64,000 nucleotides of DNA from assembly GCA_965207225.1 (NCBI GenBank), contig CBDBLV010000004.1, forward strand, positions 640,001-704,000. The letters run 5' to 3'. Below, piece by piece: positions 18,983 to 27,900 of the stretch (within the stretch, counting starts at the first letter, position 1; the number at the start of each line of letters is the position of its first letter). Both the position numbers and the translations under genes were made by a program. Below the pieces are notes generated by a model. The model was not told the DNA's origin, searched no databases, and saw only the letters and a program-made list of their open reading frames with translations. This stretch comes from Dehalococcoidia bacterium (GTDB lineage Bacteria > Chloroflexota > Dehalococcoidia > Plut-88900).

Positions 18983-20020
18983 GTGGAGTTTGAAATGGCA
19001 GACCCAGTTTCGGATGCGGTGGAGGTAATCGAGCACTTCTACCGGGAAGGCTTGACCGACGGCCTCCCCGTCCTTCCCCCGACGCCCGAGTCCGTGAGCC
19101 GGTTCCTCGAGGCTGCCGGCGTGGACGCTGAGGAGGTGATAGGGACCCGGGCCAGCCGCAATTGGAAGGTTACCGCTCAGAAGGTAGCCATCAATGCGGT
19201 AATGGCGGGATGCCAGGCGGCCTATGCGCCAGTTGTGATAGCCGCAATGCGCGGGATGCTGGAACCCGAGTTCAATGCGTCGGCGCTAGCGGAGACAACG
19301 GGGGCTTCAGCGGCGATGATAGTGATAAACGGGCCTGTCAGAAATGAAATCGACCTGAATTGCGGGTGGAACCTGCTTGGTCCCGGATGGCGGGCCAACG
19401 CGACCATCGGGCGGGCGCTGCGGCTCGTGATGATGAACGTGTGTCGGGAGATACCCGGGGTGACGGACAAGTCGGCCTTCGGGCATTCTGGTCGGTACAC
19501 CATGTGCTTCGGAGAGAACGAGGAACTGAGCCCCTGGAGCCCGCATCACGTAGACAACGGCTTTCCGCTGGAGGCCAGCACTGTCAGCCTGATACCGGTC
19601 GGGCACCCGATGGAAGCCTACAACCAGAGGGACAGCAGTCCCGAGGCGATACTGGAGGTCATAGCCCATACTGTAGCCGCCAGTGAGCGATGTCATGGAG
19701 GCGCCATTGTAGTCCTGAGCCCCGAGCATTCAACGCTGGTTGCCGAGGCCGGTTGGTCCAAGGAAAGGGTGAAGGAGCACTTGGCGGACAGGTCCAACAT
19801 CCTGAGGCCGGCCCTCGCCCCCGACAGAGGCATGAGCGGGGCGCTGGCCGGAGCCGTGTTCCCGGGCCACGAGGGCGACGCCGGCGCCGCACGCATCACT
19901 GCCGATGACGTAATGCTATTCGTGGCCGGGGGCCCCGCAGGGGGACACTCCATGGTATTGCCTCTCTGGGGACAGGGAATCTGCAAACCCGTCACCCGAG
20001 AAGTGATCGGGGCCAGGTAG
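18983..20020 (+). CDS. Conserved hypothetical protein (GxTDGLPVxPPT family)
   Basis: GLTDGLPVLPPT, KVAINAVMAGC, RANATIGRALRL, CFGENEELSPW motifs. Confidence 0.8.
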   Translation: MEFEMADPVSDAVEVIEHFYREGLTDGLPVLPPTPESVSRFLEAAGVDAEEVIGTRASRNWKVTAQKVAINAVMAGCQAAYAPVVIAAMRGMLEPEFNASALAETTGASAAMIVINGPVRNEIDLNCGWNLLGPGWRANATIGRALRLVMMNVCREIPGVTDKSAFGHSGRYTMCFGENEELSPWSPHHVDNGFPLEASTVSLIPVGHPMEAYNQRDSSPEAILEVIAHTVAASERCHGGAIVVLSPEHSTLVAEAGWSKERVKEHLADRSNILRPALAPDRGMSGALAGAVFPGHEGDAGAARITADDVMLFVAGGPAGGHSMVLPLWGQGICKPVTREVIGAR

Positions 20021-20023
20021 GGT

Positions 20024-21580
20024 ATGGCCAGGCAGTACGATGTGGCGGTGGTCGGGGGTGGGCACAACGGGCTGGTCTGCGCGGCGTACCTCGCTAGGGC
20101 GGGACTGGACGCAGCAGTGCTGGAGCGGCGGTCGATTGTCGGCGGGGCGTGCGTTACGGAGGAGATTTTCCCCGGCTACAAGGTCTGTACTGCCGCGCAA
20201 ATCGGTGGCCTGCTGAAGACCAAGATCATCCGAGACCTCGACCTGGAAAAGTTCGGGTTCAGTCTCGTGCCCTTCGACCCCCACCGCCTGCACCTATTCC
20301 CGGACGGGCGCTACATCCAGTACTGGCGAGACCCATCCAGGAGCATGACAGAGGTAGCCAGGTTCTCCGAGAAGGACGCACAGGCCTACCTGCGCTTCGA
20401 ACAGCAGATGGACCGGCTCGCCTCGATAATGAAGCCCTCTCTGGAACTCCGGCCCCCGATGTCCATTGGAGAAGTGGAAGCGAGGTTTGACGAGGCGGGG
20501 GAGTCGAGGGCGTTCCGGGAGATTATGTTCGGGAGCATGAAAGGCTTCCTGGACGCGAGGTTTGAATCGGAAGAAGTGAAGGCATCCATCGCGCCTAGGG
20601 GGATGACAGGCATAGGGAGGGGCCCGATGTCGGCAGGGTCTGCATACATGATGCTGCACTATTGGCCGGAGCCCGGGACGGCGTGGGGTCGAGTCCCGGG
20701 CGGCATGGGTACAATAACGCAGGCACTCTCCGCAGCGGCCCGGGTCCTGGGAGCTGACGTTTACACGGATGCCGAGGTTGCTTCGATAAGCGTGAAGGAG
20801 GGTCGGGCGGCTGGTGTGGAGTTGGTGGATGGTCGGATCATCGAGGCGAAGGTCGTGGCCTCAAACGCCGACCCAAAGAGGACATTTCAGACGCTGGTCG
20901 AACCTGAACACCTGGACCCAGACTTCCTGACGCAGGTCGAGGGCATATCAGCGCATGGGATGACCTTCAACATCCATTTGGCCATGAGTGGTCTGCCGGA
21001 ATTCAAGGCGTTTCCGGGCGAGGGGCAGGGGAGCCAGCACCAGGGGCTGTTCTGGATAGCCCCGAGCGTCGATTACCTGGAACGTGCGGTGGACGAGGCC
21101 AAGTTCGGGAACCCGGCGAAGGGACCCTACCTGTCGGGGATCATCCACTCGGTGATGGACCCATCGATGGCGCCGCCGGGCAAGCACTACATGACGGTCT
21201 ACGGACAGTGGGCGCCCTACCACCTGAAAGAGGGAACGTGGGACGAAATCGGGGACTCGTACGTGAAGCACTGCATCGACCTGATGACGGGGTACATCCC
21301 CAACCTGCCGGAAATCATCGAAGACTACTTCCTCGTATCTCCGGAGGAGCTGGAGGACCGGATTGGCATGAGCCAGGGGCATATGTTCCACGGCGAATGC
21401 GTGCCGGGCCAGCTATTCCAGCACCGACCCTTCTCCGGCTGGGCCGACTACCGGACACTCATCAACAACCTGTACCTGTGCGGGGCTGGCACCCATCCCG
21501 GAGGCACGGTAACCGGCGCCCCCGGCCACAACGCCGCCCACGAGATCCTGAAGGACTGGAAGGAAGGGGTCGTGGGCTAG
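20024..21580 (+). CDS. Phytoene desaturase-like NAD(P)/FAD-dependent oxidoreductase
   Basis: VVGGGHNGLVCAAYLARAG, LYLCGAGTHPGG.VTGAPGHNAA. Confidence 0.9.
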   Translation: MARQYDVAVVGGGHNGLVCAAYLARAGLDAAVLERRSIVGGACVTEEIFPGYKVCTAAQIGGLLKTKIIRDLDLEKFGFSLVPFDPHRLHLFPDGRYIQYWRDPSRSMTEVARFSEKDAQAYLRFEQQMDRLASIMKPSLELRPPMSIGEVEARFDEAGESRAFREIMFGSMKGFLDARFESEEVKASIAPRGMTGIGRGPMSAGSAYMMLHYWPEPGTAWGRVPGGMGTITQALSAAARVLGADVYTDAEVASISVKEGRAAGVELVDGRIIEAKVVASNADPKRTFQTLVEPEHLDPDFLTQVEGISAHGMTFNIHLAMSGLPEFKAFPGEGQGSQHQGLFWIAPSVDYLERAVDEAKFGNPAKGPYLSGIIHSVMDPSMAPPGKHYMTVYGQWAPYHLKEGTWDEIGDSYVKHCIDLMTGYIPNLPEIIEDYFLVSPEELEDRIGMSQGHMFHGECVPGQLFQHRPFSGWADYRTLINNLYLCGAGTHPGGTVTGAPGHNAAHEILKDWKEGVVG

Positions 21581-21593
21581 GGGTGAGCGTCTG

Positions 21594-21965
21594 CTAGACG
21601 TGCTGGTCAAACAGGATCGTATTGCCGTCAGGGTCCTGGATTATGAAGCTTCCCGGGCCCGAGGTTGCCTCGTCGGCTTCGCTGATGAACTGCATACCCT
21701 TGGATTTGAGCTGCCGTTGCAGTTCACGAATGTCTACAAAAGAGTCTAGGGGCTGGGCCTCGTCATCCCAGCCGGGGTTGAAAGTGAGGATGTTCTCTTC
21801 GAACATTCCCTGGAAGAGGCCTATCGTGTGGCCGCTGTTCCTTAGAATCAGCCAGTTCTGGGCCTGCTCTCCCCCGACAACCTCGAATCCCAGCTTTTCG
21901 TAGAACTCCCGTGAGGCCTGGATATCCTTTACGGCCAAACTAACCGAAAACGCGCCAAGTTTCAT
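21594..21965 (-). CDS. VOC (glyoxalase/bleomycin resistance) family protein
   Basis: MKLGAFSVSLAVKDI..SREFYEKLGF, DPDGNTILFDQH. Confidence 0.9.
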   Translation of the reverse strand: MKLGAFSVSLAVKDIQASREFYEKLGFEVVGGEQAQNWLILRNSGHTIGLFQGMFEENILTFNPGWDDEAQPLDSFVDIRELQRQLKSKGMQFISEADEATSGPGSFIIQDPDGNTILFDQHV

Positions 21966-22042
21966 GTCTGTATCTCCTGGTTGCCTTAAGCAATGGGCGT
22001 AGAAGTGCCAACTAGTATTGCGGATTTCGAGAATGCCTTGGG

Positions 22043-22513
22043 TCAGCAACTGAAGGAATACGTGCCTTCATCGAAGATGCCGTTGGCAAGCTGAAGTTCC
22101 CGGATGTAGCAGATGAGGTTCTCAACCGCCGCATCGGAGACGCCGACCACGGGCGGCATGTCCCCGAACCACCAGTGGTGCTGCGGCACCCCGTTGCGCA
22201 CTGCGCTGCGAATAGTGACGTCCGAGTGATGGCCCGGCTCATATATCCTGTCGATCAGGGGAGGCCCGGTGCCCGTGCCCATGACGTCCGACCCGTGACA
22301 CAGGGCGCAGTTGGCGTCGAAGACCTCCTTGCCCATTAGCGCCGAGTTGGAGAGCTCAGGCCCCGAGGGAGCAAACGTCGCGGCTGGCGGGGGGGTGGGG
22401 GTGTCTTCGGGCGGAGGGGGCTCTGAGCCACAGGCCGCAATTGCCGTCAGTATCAAGCCCATCGCACACAGGAATCCTAGGATTCCGACTAATCGACCGT
22501 TCTTGTTTGTCAT
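22043..22513 (-). CDS. Cytochrome c lipoprotein (monoheme)
   Basis: Lipobox IAAC; CALCH heme motif; GPPL..IYEPGHH, HHWWFGDMP. Confidence 0.88.
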   Translation of the reverse strand: MTNKNGRLVGILGFLCAMGLILTAIAACGSEPPPPEDTPTPPPAATFAPSGPELSNSALMGKEVFDANCALCHGSDVMGTGTGPPLIDRIYEPGHHSDVTIRSAVRNGVPQHHWWFGDMPPVVGVSDAAVENLICYIRELQLANGIFDEGTYSFSC

Positions 22514-22720
22514 ATCCAATCCCGAGTCTAAGTGCCGCATTAAGGAGCACTGAAGCTGCGTCAACTCTAGTGCAGTCAGCCAAAATGCTCTTGCGTTTGC
22601 TGTGATTAAAGCTTATCACGAGCCGCTTCTTCAGGAGTGGGGATCGCAGAATGAGTAGTGCTAAACTCGGAGCGTGAATCAAAGATGCTGAGCCCCTGCA
22701 CATTCTGGCAGGAAGATATT

Positions 22721-23218
22721 ATGACAATTCCAAGGACCATGACCCCGCTCCTTTTGCTGGCGACACTAATCGCTGTCGCCGCGTGTGGCGAAACCCGGGT
22801 ACCTGAGCCTCCGGAACCCTCCGCCTCCGCGCTTATGGGGTACCTCGAAGAGGTGGACTACCGGGAGAATTGGGGCCTGTGGCCCGGGCTTGGGGAGAAG
22901 TACTCGGCCAGGGAGCCCCATGGCATGCTGATAACTACCTACCTAAACCCCTCGGCCCTCGACGCCCTCGTAGGCAAGAAGGGAAGCATGCCTGAAGGTG
23001 CTATTATCGTAAAGGAGAACTACACGTCAGACGGGGAGTTCGAGGCCCATACGGTGATGTACAAGAAATCGGGTTTCAACCCCGACCACAACGACTGGTT
23101 CTGGTTCAAGGTACTGGAGGACGGAACGGTGGAGGAAGAGGGCCGTAGTGAGTCATGTCTCGCATGCCACGGGCAGGTGGAAGTAAACGACTATATCTGG
23201 AGCGGGCCCCTGTTCTAA
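22721..23218 (+). CDS. Cytochrome P460 family lipoprotein
   Basis: Lipobox VAAC; MPEGAIIVKENY, VMYK..G....DWFW, C-terminal CLACH. Confidence 0.82.
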   Translation: MTIPRTMTPLLLLATLIAVAACGETRVPEPPEPSASALMGYLEEVDYRENWGLWPGLGEKYSAREPHGMLITTYLNPSALDALVGKKGSMPEGAIIVKENYTSDGEFEAHTVMYKKSGFNPDHNDWFWFKVLEDGTVEEEGRSESCLACHGQVEVNDYIWSGPLF

Positions 23219-24696
23219 GGCTTCGGCCCGGGACACGACGCAGCGACGCGCTCGGCGCGTTTTACAACAGCTCTGATAAGTCCCCGAAAGATCCATGAGT
23301 GTACCGGGTACAGGCCGTACCAGTAGAGCAGGCCGGCTACGCCCCTCGGATCAAAGGACGCAGTCTGCTCCAGCCAGGTTATCCCATCTTCGGCCTCCCG
23401 GGCTTTGAACTGGAGCCAGGCGCTTCCGGGCAGCTTCATCTCGGCTTTCAGACGAAGAAGGTGGCCGGGGTCCAGAACCTCCACGCGCCAGAAGTCCAGG
23501 GCATCCCCGACGCGCAGTTCGTCGGGGTGGCGCCGACCCCTCCTTAGGCCCGCTCCACCGAGAAGCCGGTCTATCATGCCTCGTATGCTCCAGGCCCAGT
23601 TTGCAAAGTACCAGCCCCGACGCGCTCCTATGCCGGTGAATACGCTATAGACTTGTCCTGGGGTCGCAGACACACGGAGGTGTCGGCGTTCGATTATCAG
23701 ACCATGTCGGGACTCCAGGGTTACGGGTTCCTGGGCATCACCGAAAGTGCCGTAGGCGTCGCTCCACGAAGTGTCTATACGCCCTGAGTCAAGCTCTTCT
23801 GTCACCCTTCTGATGGCAGAGACACAGTCCAGGGGCTCTATGTCGGGAAAGAGGTTCCGGGCGAGATCGTTGCCGACCACGATGTCGTTGCGCAGACCTT
23901 CTACGAGGGCCACGGTTATCGGGGCGGGGATCGGCGTCACCCAGTGGACCCAGTAGGAGGACAGGCGAGGGGTCAGAACGGGCACGGGTATCAGCAGCCG
24001 GCGCAGCCCCCGGGCTTTGGCATAGCCGAGCATCATCCCGCCGTAGGTCGTCACGTCCCCACCCCCAACCTCGATGGTCAGGCCTTTGCTGCCGGGGTTC
24101 GTCAGGGCGGCAACCAGGTAGTCCAGGAGGTCATCGATGGCCATGGGCTGGACCCGGGAGTAGATCCATCTCGGGCAGATCATGACGGGAAGACGTTCGA
24201 CGAGATAGCGGATCATCTCGAAGGATATGCTGCCGGAGCCGACAATGACGGCTGCTCGGAACTCGGTAACCGGCACTCCGCCCTCTCGGAGCAGTTGCCC
24301 GCATTCCTGCCGAGACCGAAGGTGGAGTGAGAGGTTGGTGCCCGGGTCCCCGAGACCTCCCACATAGATGATGTGCGAGACATCAGCATCCTTCGCAGCG
24401 CGTCCAAAAGCTCGGGCGGCTTCGAGGTCTATATTATGGAAATTCGGGCCGCTGGTCATGCTGTGGATCAGGTAGTAGGCAGTATCTACTCCACTCAGCG
24501 CGTCCGACAGTGCCCGTGGATCTAGTGCATCACCGACGACGATCTCAACGTTCCGGGCCCAGGGGCGGGAGAGGGCTCGGGCCTGGCTGCGGACAAGGAC
24601 TCGGACACGGTGCCCCCGTTCAAGCAGACGAGGTACAAGCCGTCCGCCAATGTAACCCGTGGCACCGATGACAAGGATTGTCGAGTGAAAGGTCAA
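23215..24696 (-). CDS. SDR family NAD(P)-binding oxidoreductase with DUF2867 C-terminus (YbjT-like)
   Basis: GATGYIGGRL, AAVIVGSGS.SFEM, GDALDFWRV, AEMKLPG.AWL, GLLYWY. Confidence 0.88.
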   Translation of the reverse strand: MTFHSTILVIGATGYIGGRLVPRLLERGHRVRVLVRSQARALSRPWARNVEIVVGDALDPRALSDALSGVDTAYYLIHSMTSGPNFHNIDLEAARAFGRAAKDADVSHIIYVGGLGDPGTNLSLHLRSRQECGQLLREGGVPVTEFRAAVIVGSGSISFEMIRYLVERLPVMICPRWIYSRVQPMAIDDLLDYLVAALTNPGSKGLTIEVGGGDVTTYGGMMLGYAKARGLRRLLIPVPVLTPRLSSYWVHWVTPIPAPITVALVEGLRNDIVVGNDLARNLFPDIEPLDCVSAIRRVTEELDSGRIDTSWSDAYGTFGDAQEPVTLESRHGLIIERRHLRVSATPGQVYSVFTGIGARRGWYFANWAWSIRGMIDRLLGGAGLRRGRRHPDELRVGDALDFWRVEVLDPGHLLRLKAEMKLPGSAWLQFKAREAEDGITWLEQTASFDPRGVAGLLYWYGLYPVHSWIFRGLIRAVVKRAERVAASCPGPKP

Positions 24697-24767
24697 GGGG
24701 ATGCCTTAGTTGCGCGAATCTGATTCGGAAGCAATAGGAAGCGGAGGGGGAGATAAATTTGGGTGCA

Positions 24768-24819
24768 GTGGTGGGCCTGAGTTGACGATAGGCAGAACCA
24801 TTTTCGAATTGTGGATGGG
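24768..24819 (+). repeat. 52-bp imperfect direct repeat, copy 1 (putative att junction)
   Basis: 44/52 identical to 41914-41965; the reverse complement of its start reads actcaggcccacca (tRNA 3'-end-like). Confidence 0.75.
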
Positions 24820-24887
24820 TGATCCAACTTCACTCCGGCGATCCTGACACCCACGTTAGTATATTACCTAGCCGCCCCACGGCCAGC

Positions 24888-24926
24888 GCAAGGGGGGCCT
24901 GCGACATTGCCGGAGGCCCCCCTTGC
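24888..24926 (-). terminator. Hairpin downstream of adhesin 1
   Basis: gcaaggggggcct...aggccccccttgc; homologous hairpin at 30647-30684. Confidence 0.6.
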
Positions 24927-24954
24927 ATCCTCTTGCCGGTCCGGCCGGGCCGGA

Positions 24955-27900
24955 CTAGTCGTCGTCCACGATGGTCATGGTTCCCACGGCGTCGGGCGGG
25001 TAGAGGGTCCCGGGCAGGTACGCCTCCACCGCGAAGTACTCGTCCGGCTCCTCATCGTCGTCGTACTCCAGCCACACCTCCGCCGTCAGCTCCGTCACCC
25101 CCGGCGCGAACACCAGCTCACCCTCCGTGTACTGATAGTCGGTCATGTGCGCCCGGTCGTCCAGCAGGTGGTACGCAGGCGCGGTGTTCCATCTGATCCT
25201 GATCTCCTCGGTGGACGCCTCGGACAGCCGCACCCGGAACTCCAGCACGTCGCCCTCCACCGCCGACGCGGCCTCGACGGTGACGGTTATCTCCACCTCC
25301 GGCGCAGCATCGTCGTTGTCTGCCACGCCGACCGTGGCCGCGCCCTGGGACGAGGACACCGTGTAGCCGCTGCCCGCGTTCACCGTCGCCGTCACCGACC
25401 CGTCGGTCTCGTCCGCGCTGTCGTCCGTGGTGCCGACGGTGAGGGTGACGCTGCCCGTGGTGGGTATCGTCACCGTGCGCTGGCCCGTGGTCGCGCCGTA
25501 GTCGCCGCTCTGGGAGACCGTGACGCTCACCGCCAGGTTGGCCGCCGGGGCCGGGATGGCCGTCACCGTGAAGACGGCGTCCCCGCCCTCGGTCACCCCG
25601 CTGCCAGCGGTGATACTCACCACCGGCGTGGGGGCGTCGTCGTTGTCGGACACCGCCACCGTGGCCGCGCCCTGGGTCGAGGACACGGTGTAGCCGCTGC
25701 CGGCGTTCACCGTGGCCGTCACCGAGCCGTCGGTCTCGTCGGCGGCGTCGTCGGTGGTGCCGACGGTGAGGGTGACGCTGCCCGTGGTGGGGACGGTCAC
25801 CGTGCGCTTCCCCGTGGCCGCGCCGTAGTCGCCGCTCTGGGAGACCGTGACGCTCACGTCCAGGTTGGACGAAGGCGCCGGGCTGGCGGTCACCGTGAAG
25901 ACGGCGTCGCCGCCCTCGGTGATGCCGTTCCCGCCGGTGACGCTCACCACCGGCGTGGGGGCGGCGTCGTTGTCGGCCACGCCGACCGTGGCCGCGCCCT
26001 GGGTCGAGGACACCGTGTAGCCGCTGCCGGCGTTCACCGTGGCCGTCACCGAGCCGTCGGTCTCGTCGGCATTGTCGTCCGTGGTGCCCACGGTGAGGGT
26101 GACGCTGCCCGTGGTGGGGACGGTCACCGTGCGCTGGCCCGTGGTCGCGCCGTAGTCGCCGCTCTGCGACACCGTGACGCTCACGTCGAGGTTGGAGGCC
26201 GGAGCCGGGCTGGCCGTCACCGTGAAGGTGGCGTCGCCGCCCTCGGTCACCACATTGCCGCCGGTGACGCTCACCTCAGGCGTGGGCGGAGGAGGCGTTT
26301 GCGTTGACGCCGCCTCCAGCGCCGTCAGCTCGGTCACCACCTCGTCCCACACCGGGCTGCTGTGTTTGTCCGCCATATCCTGGGCCTCGGACGCCGTCAT
26401 CGGGCCGCCCGTGACGCCGGCGCCGTCGTGCTCGCCGAAGGCGACGAGCACCCGGTTCCAGCGGTTCACGTGGGCCGTCCCGTGCTGCGTCTGCGACGCC
26501 AGCTCCCTGACCTTCGCGATCACGTCCGGGTCCACCGTGTAGCCCGTCTGCTCCTCAACGACCGGGTCGTCGTTGTCTGCGACGCCGGCCGTCTCCGACG
26601 ACGGCGCGCCCACCGTGTAGTCGCTGCCCGCGTTCAGCGTCAGCGTGACCGAGCCGTCCGGCTCGTCCACCTCGTCGTCCGTGGTGGCGATGGTCACCGT
26701 GGCGCTGCCCGACGTTGGGATGGTGACGCTGGTGGGCAGCGTCCCGTACCCGAAGTCGCCGGTCGTGGCGACCGTCACGCTCACCGCCAGGTTGGACGAA
26801 GGCGCCGGGCTGGCCGTCACCGTGAAGACGGCGCTGCCGCCCTCGGTGATACCAGTGCCGCCGGTAACGCTCACCACCGGCGTGGAGGCGTCGTCGTCCA
26901 GCAGCGGCAACGTGACGCGGGAAGGGTCGCCCAGCGTGTAGCCCTCGCCGACCACAATTTGCGCCACCAGCGTGCCGTCGGACAGCGCGTCGTCGTCGGA
27001 GTAGGCGATGATGGTCTGCGATGCGGACGACTCGAAGGCCTTGATGACCAGCGTGAGGAACTGTTCGCGCGCGACGCGGTCCGCACCCTCGCCCATCTCC
27101 TCGATAACGCTCACGATGACCGGCGTGTCGACCTGCGGGACCGGGCTGGCGCTGACCGTGAAGGTCACGTCGCCGCCCTCGGGCGCCGACAGCGCGTTGC
27201 TGGAGAGCGTCATCGTGGAGCCGTCGTTGAGCGTCCCCAGCGCCGAGAACGCGCGGCGGATCTCCGGCGGCGCATTGGACGGCGGCGTGAACTGGTTGCA
27301 GTCCACCTTGACGCTGAACTTGTTCGACGGCCAGCCTGACGGCGACTGCAACTGCACGCAGAACGTCACGGCCTCCCCCGGCACCTCGTCGTTGCGCAGG
27401 GTCACCGGCGTGATCGTGATCCGGTAGACCGGGTCGCCGGGGTTCGAGCGGTCGCGGTACGTGGTCTTCAGGCCGGTGTTGACGATGCCCGCTCTGTACG
27501 GCTCCTGGTTGACCACGCCGTCGTGCGCGATGACCCGGTCAACACGCCGCGAGTAGATGTACGTCGGCGGCGTATCCGTCAGGCTGTTGTCGGCCTCGAC
27601 CTTGACGCGCCACTCCGAGAAGTGCTCCTCGGCGTCGTAGAGGTCGTTGCGCGGTTTACCGGGGCTGACCAGCGGCGGGCCGGTCGGCAGGTCCCACCAC
27701 CAGTGGATGTTGAAGTAGTACTCGCACTCGCCGCCGGTCGTGTAGCTGTCGCACCTGTAGCCGACGGCGTCGCCCGCGTTCGCCAGCAGCGTGCCCGTGT
27801 AGGCCGTGTCGACCGTCAGGTCGGCGGGCTGCGGCGACTTGGTGTCCACCACCTTGACCCGCACGTCGTGCCAGGTGGTCAGGTTCCAGTCGATCCCGCG

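Noticed and set aside
20024-21580. Carotenoid biosynthesis (crtI)
   Set aside because: No crtB/crtE neighbours; motifs fit the broad phytoene-dehydrogenase-related oxidoreductase family
24768-24782. Intact tRNA gene at the repeat
   Set aside because: Only the 3'-terminal ~14 nt are tRNA-like; no T-loop, anticodon arm or cloverleaf
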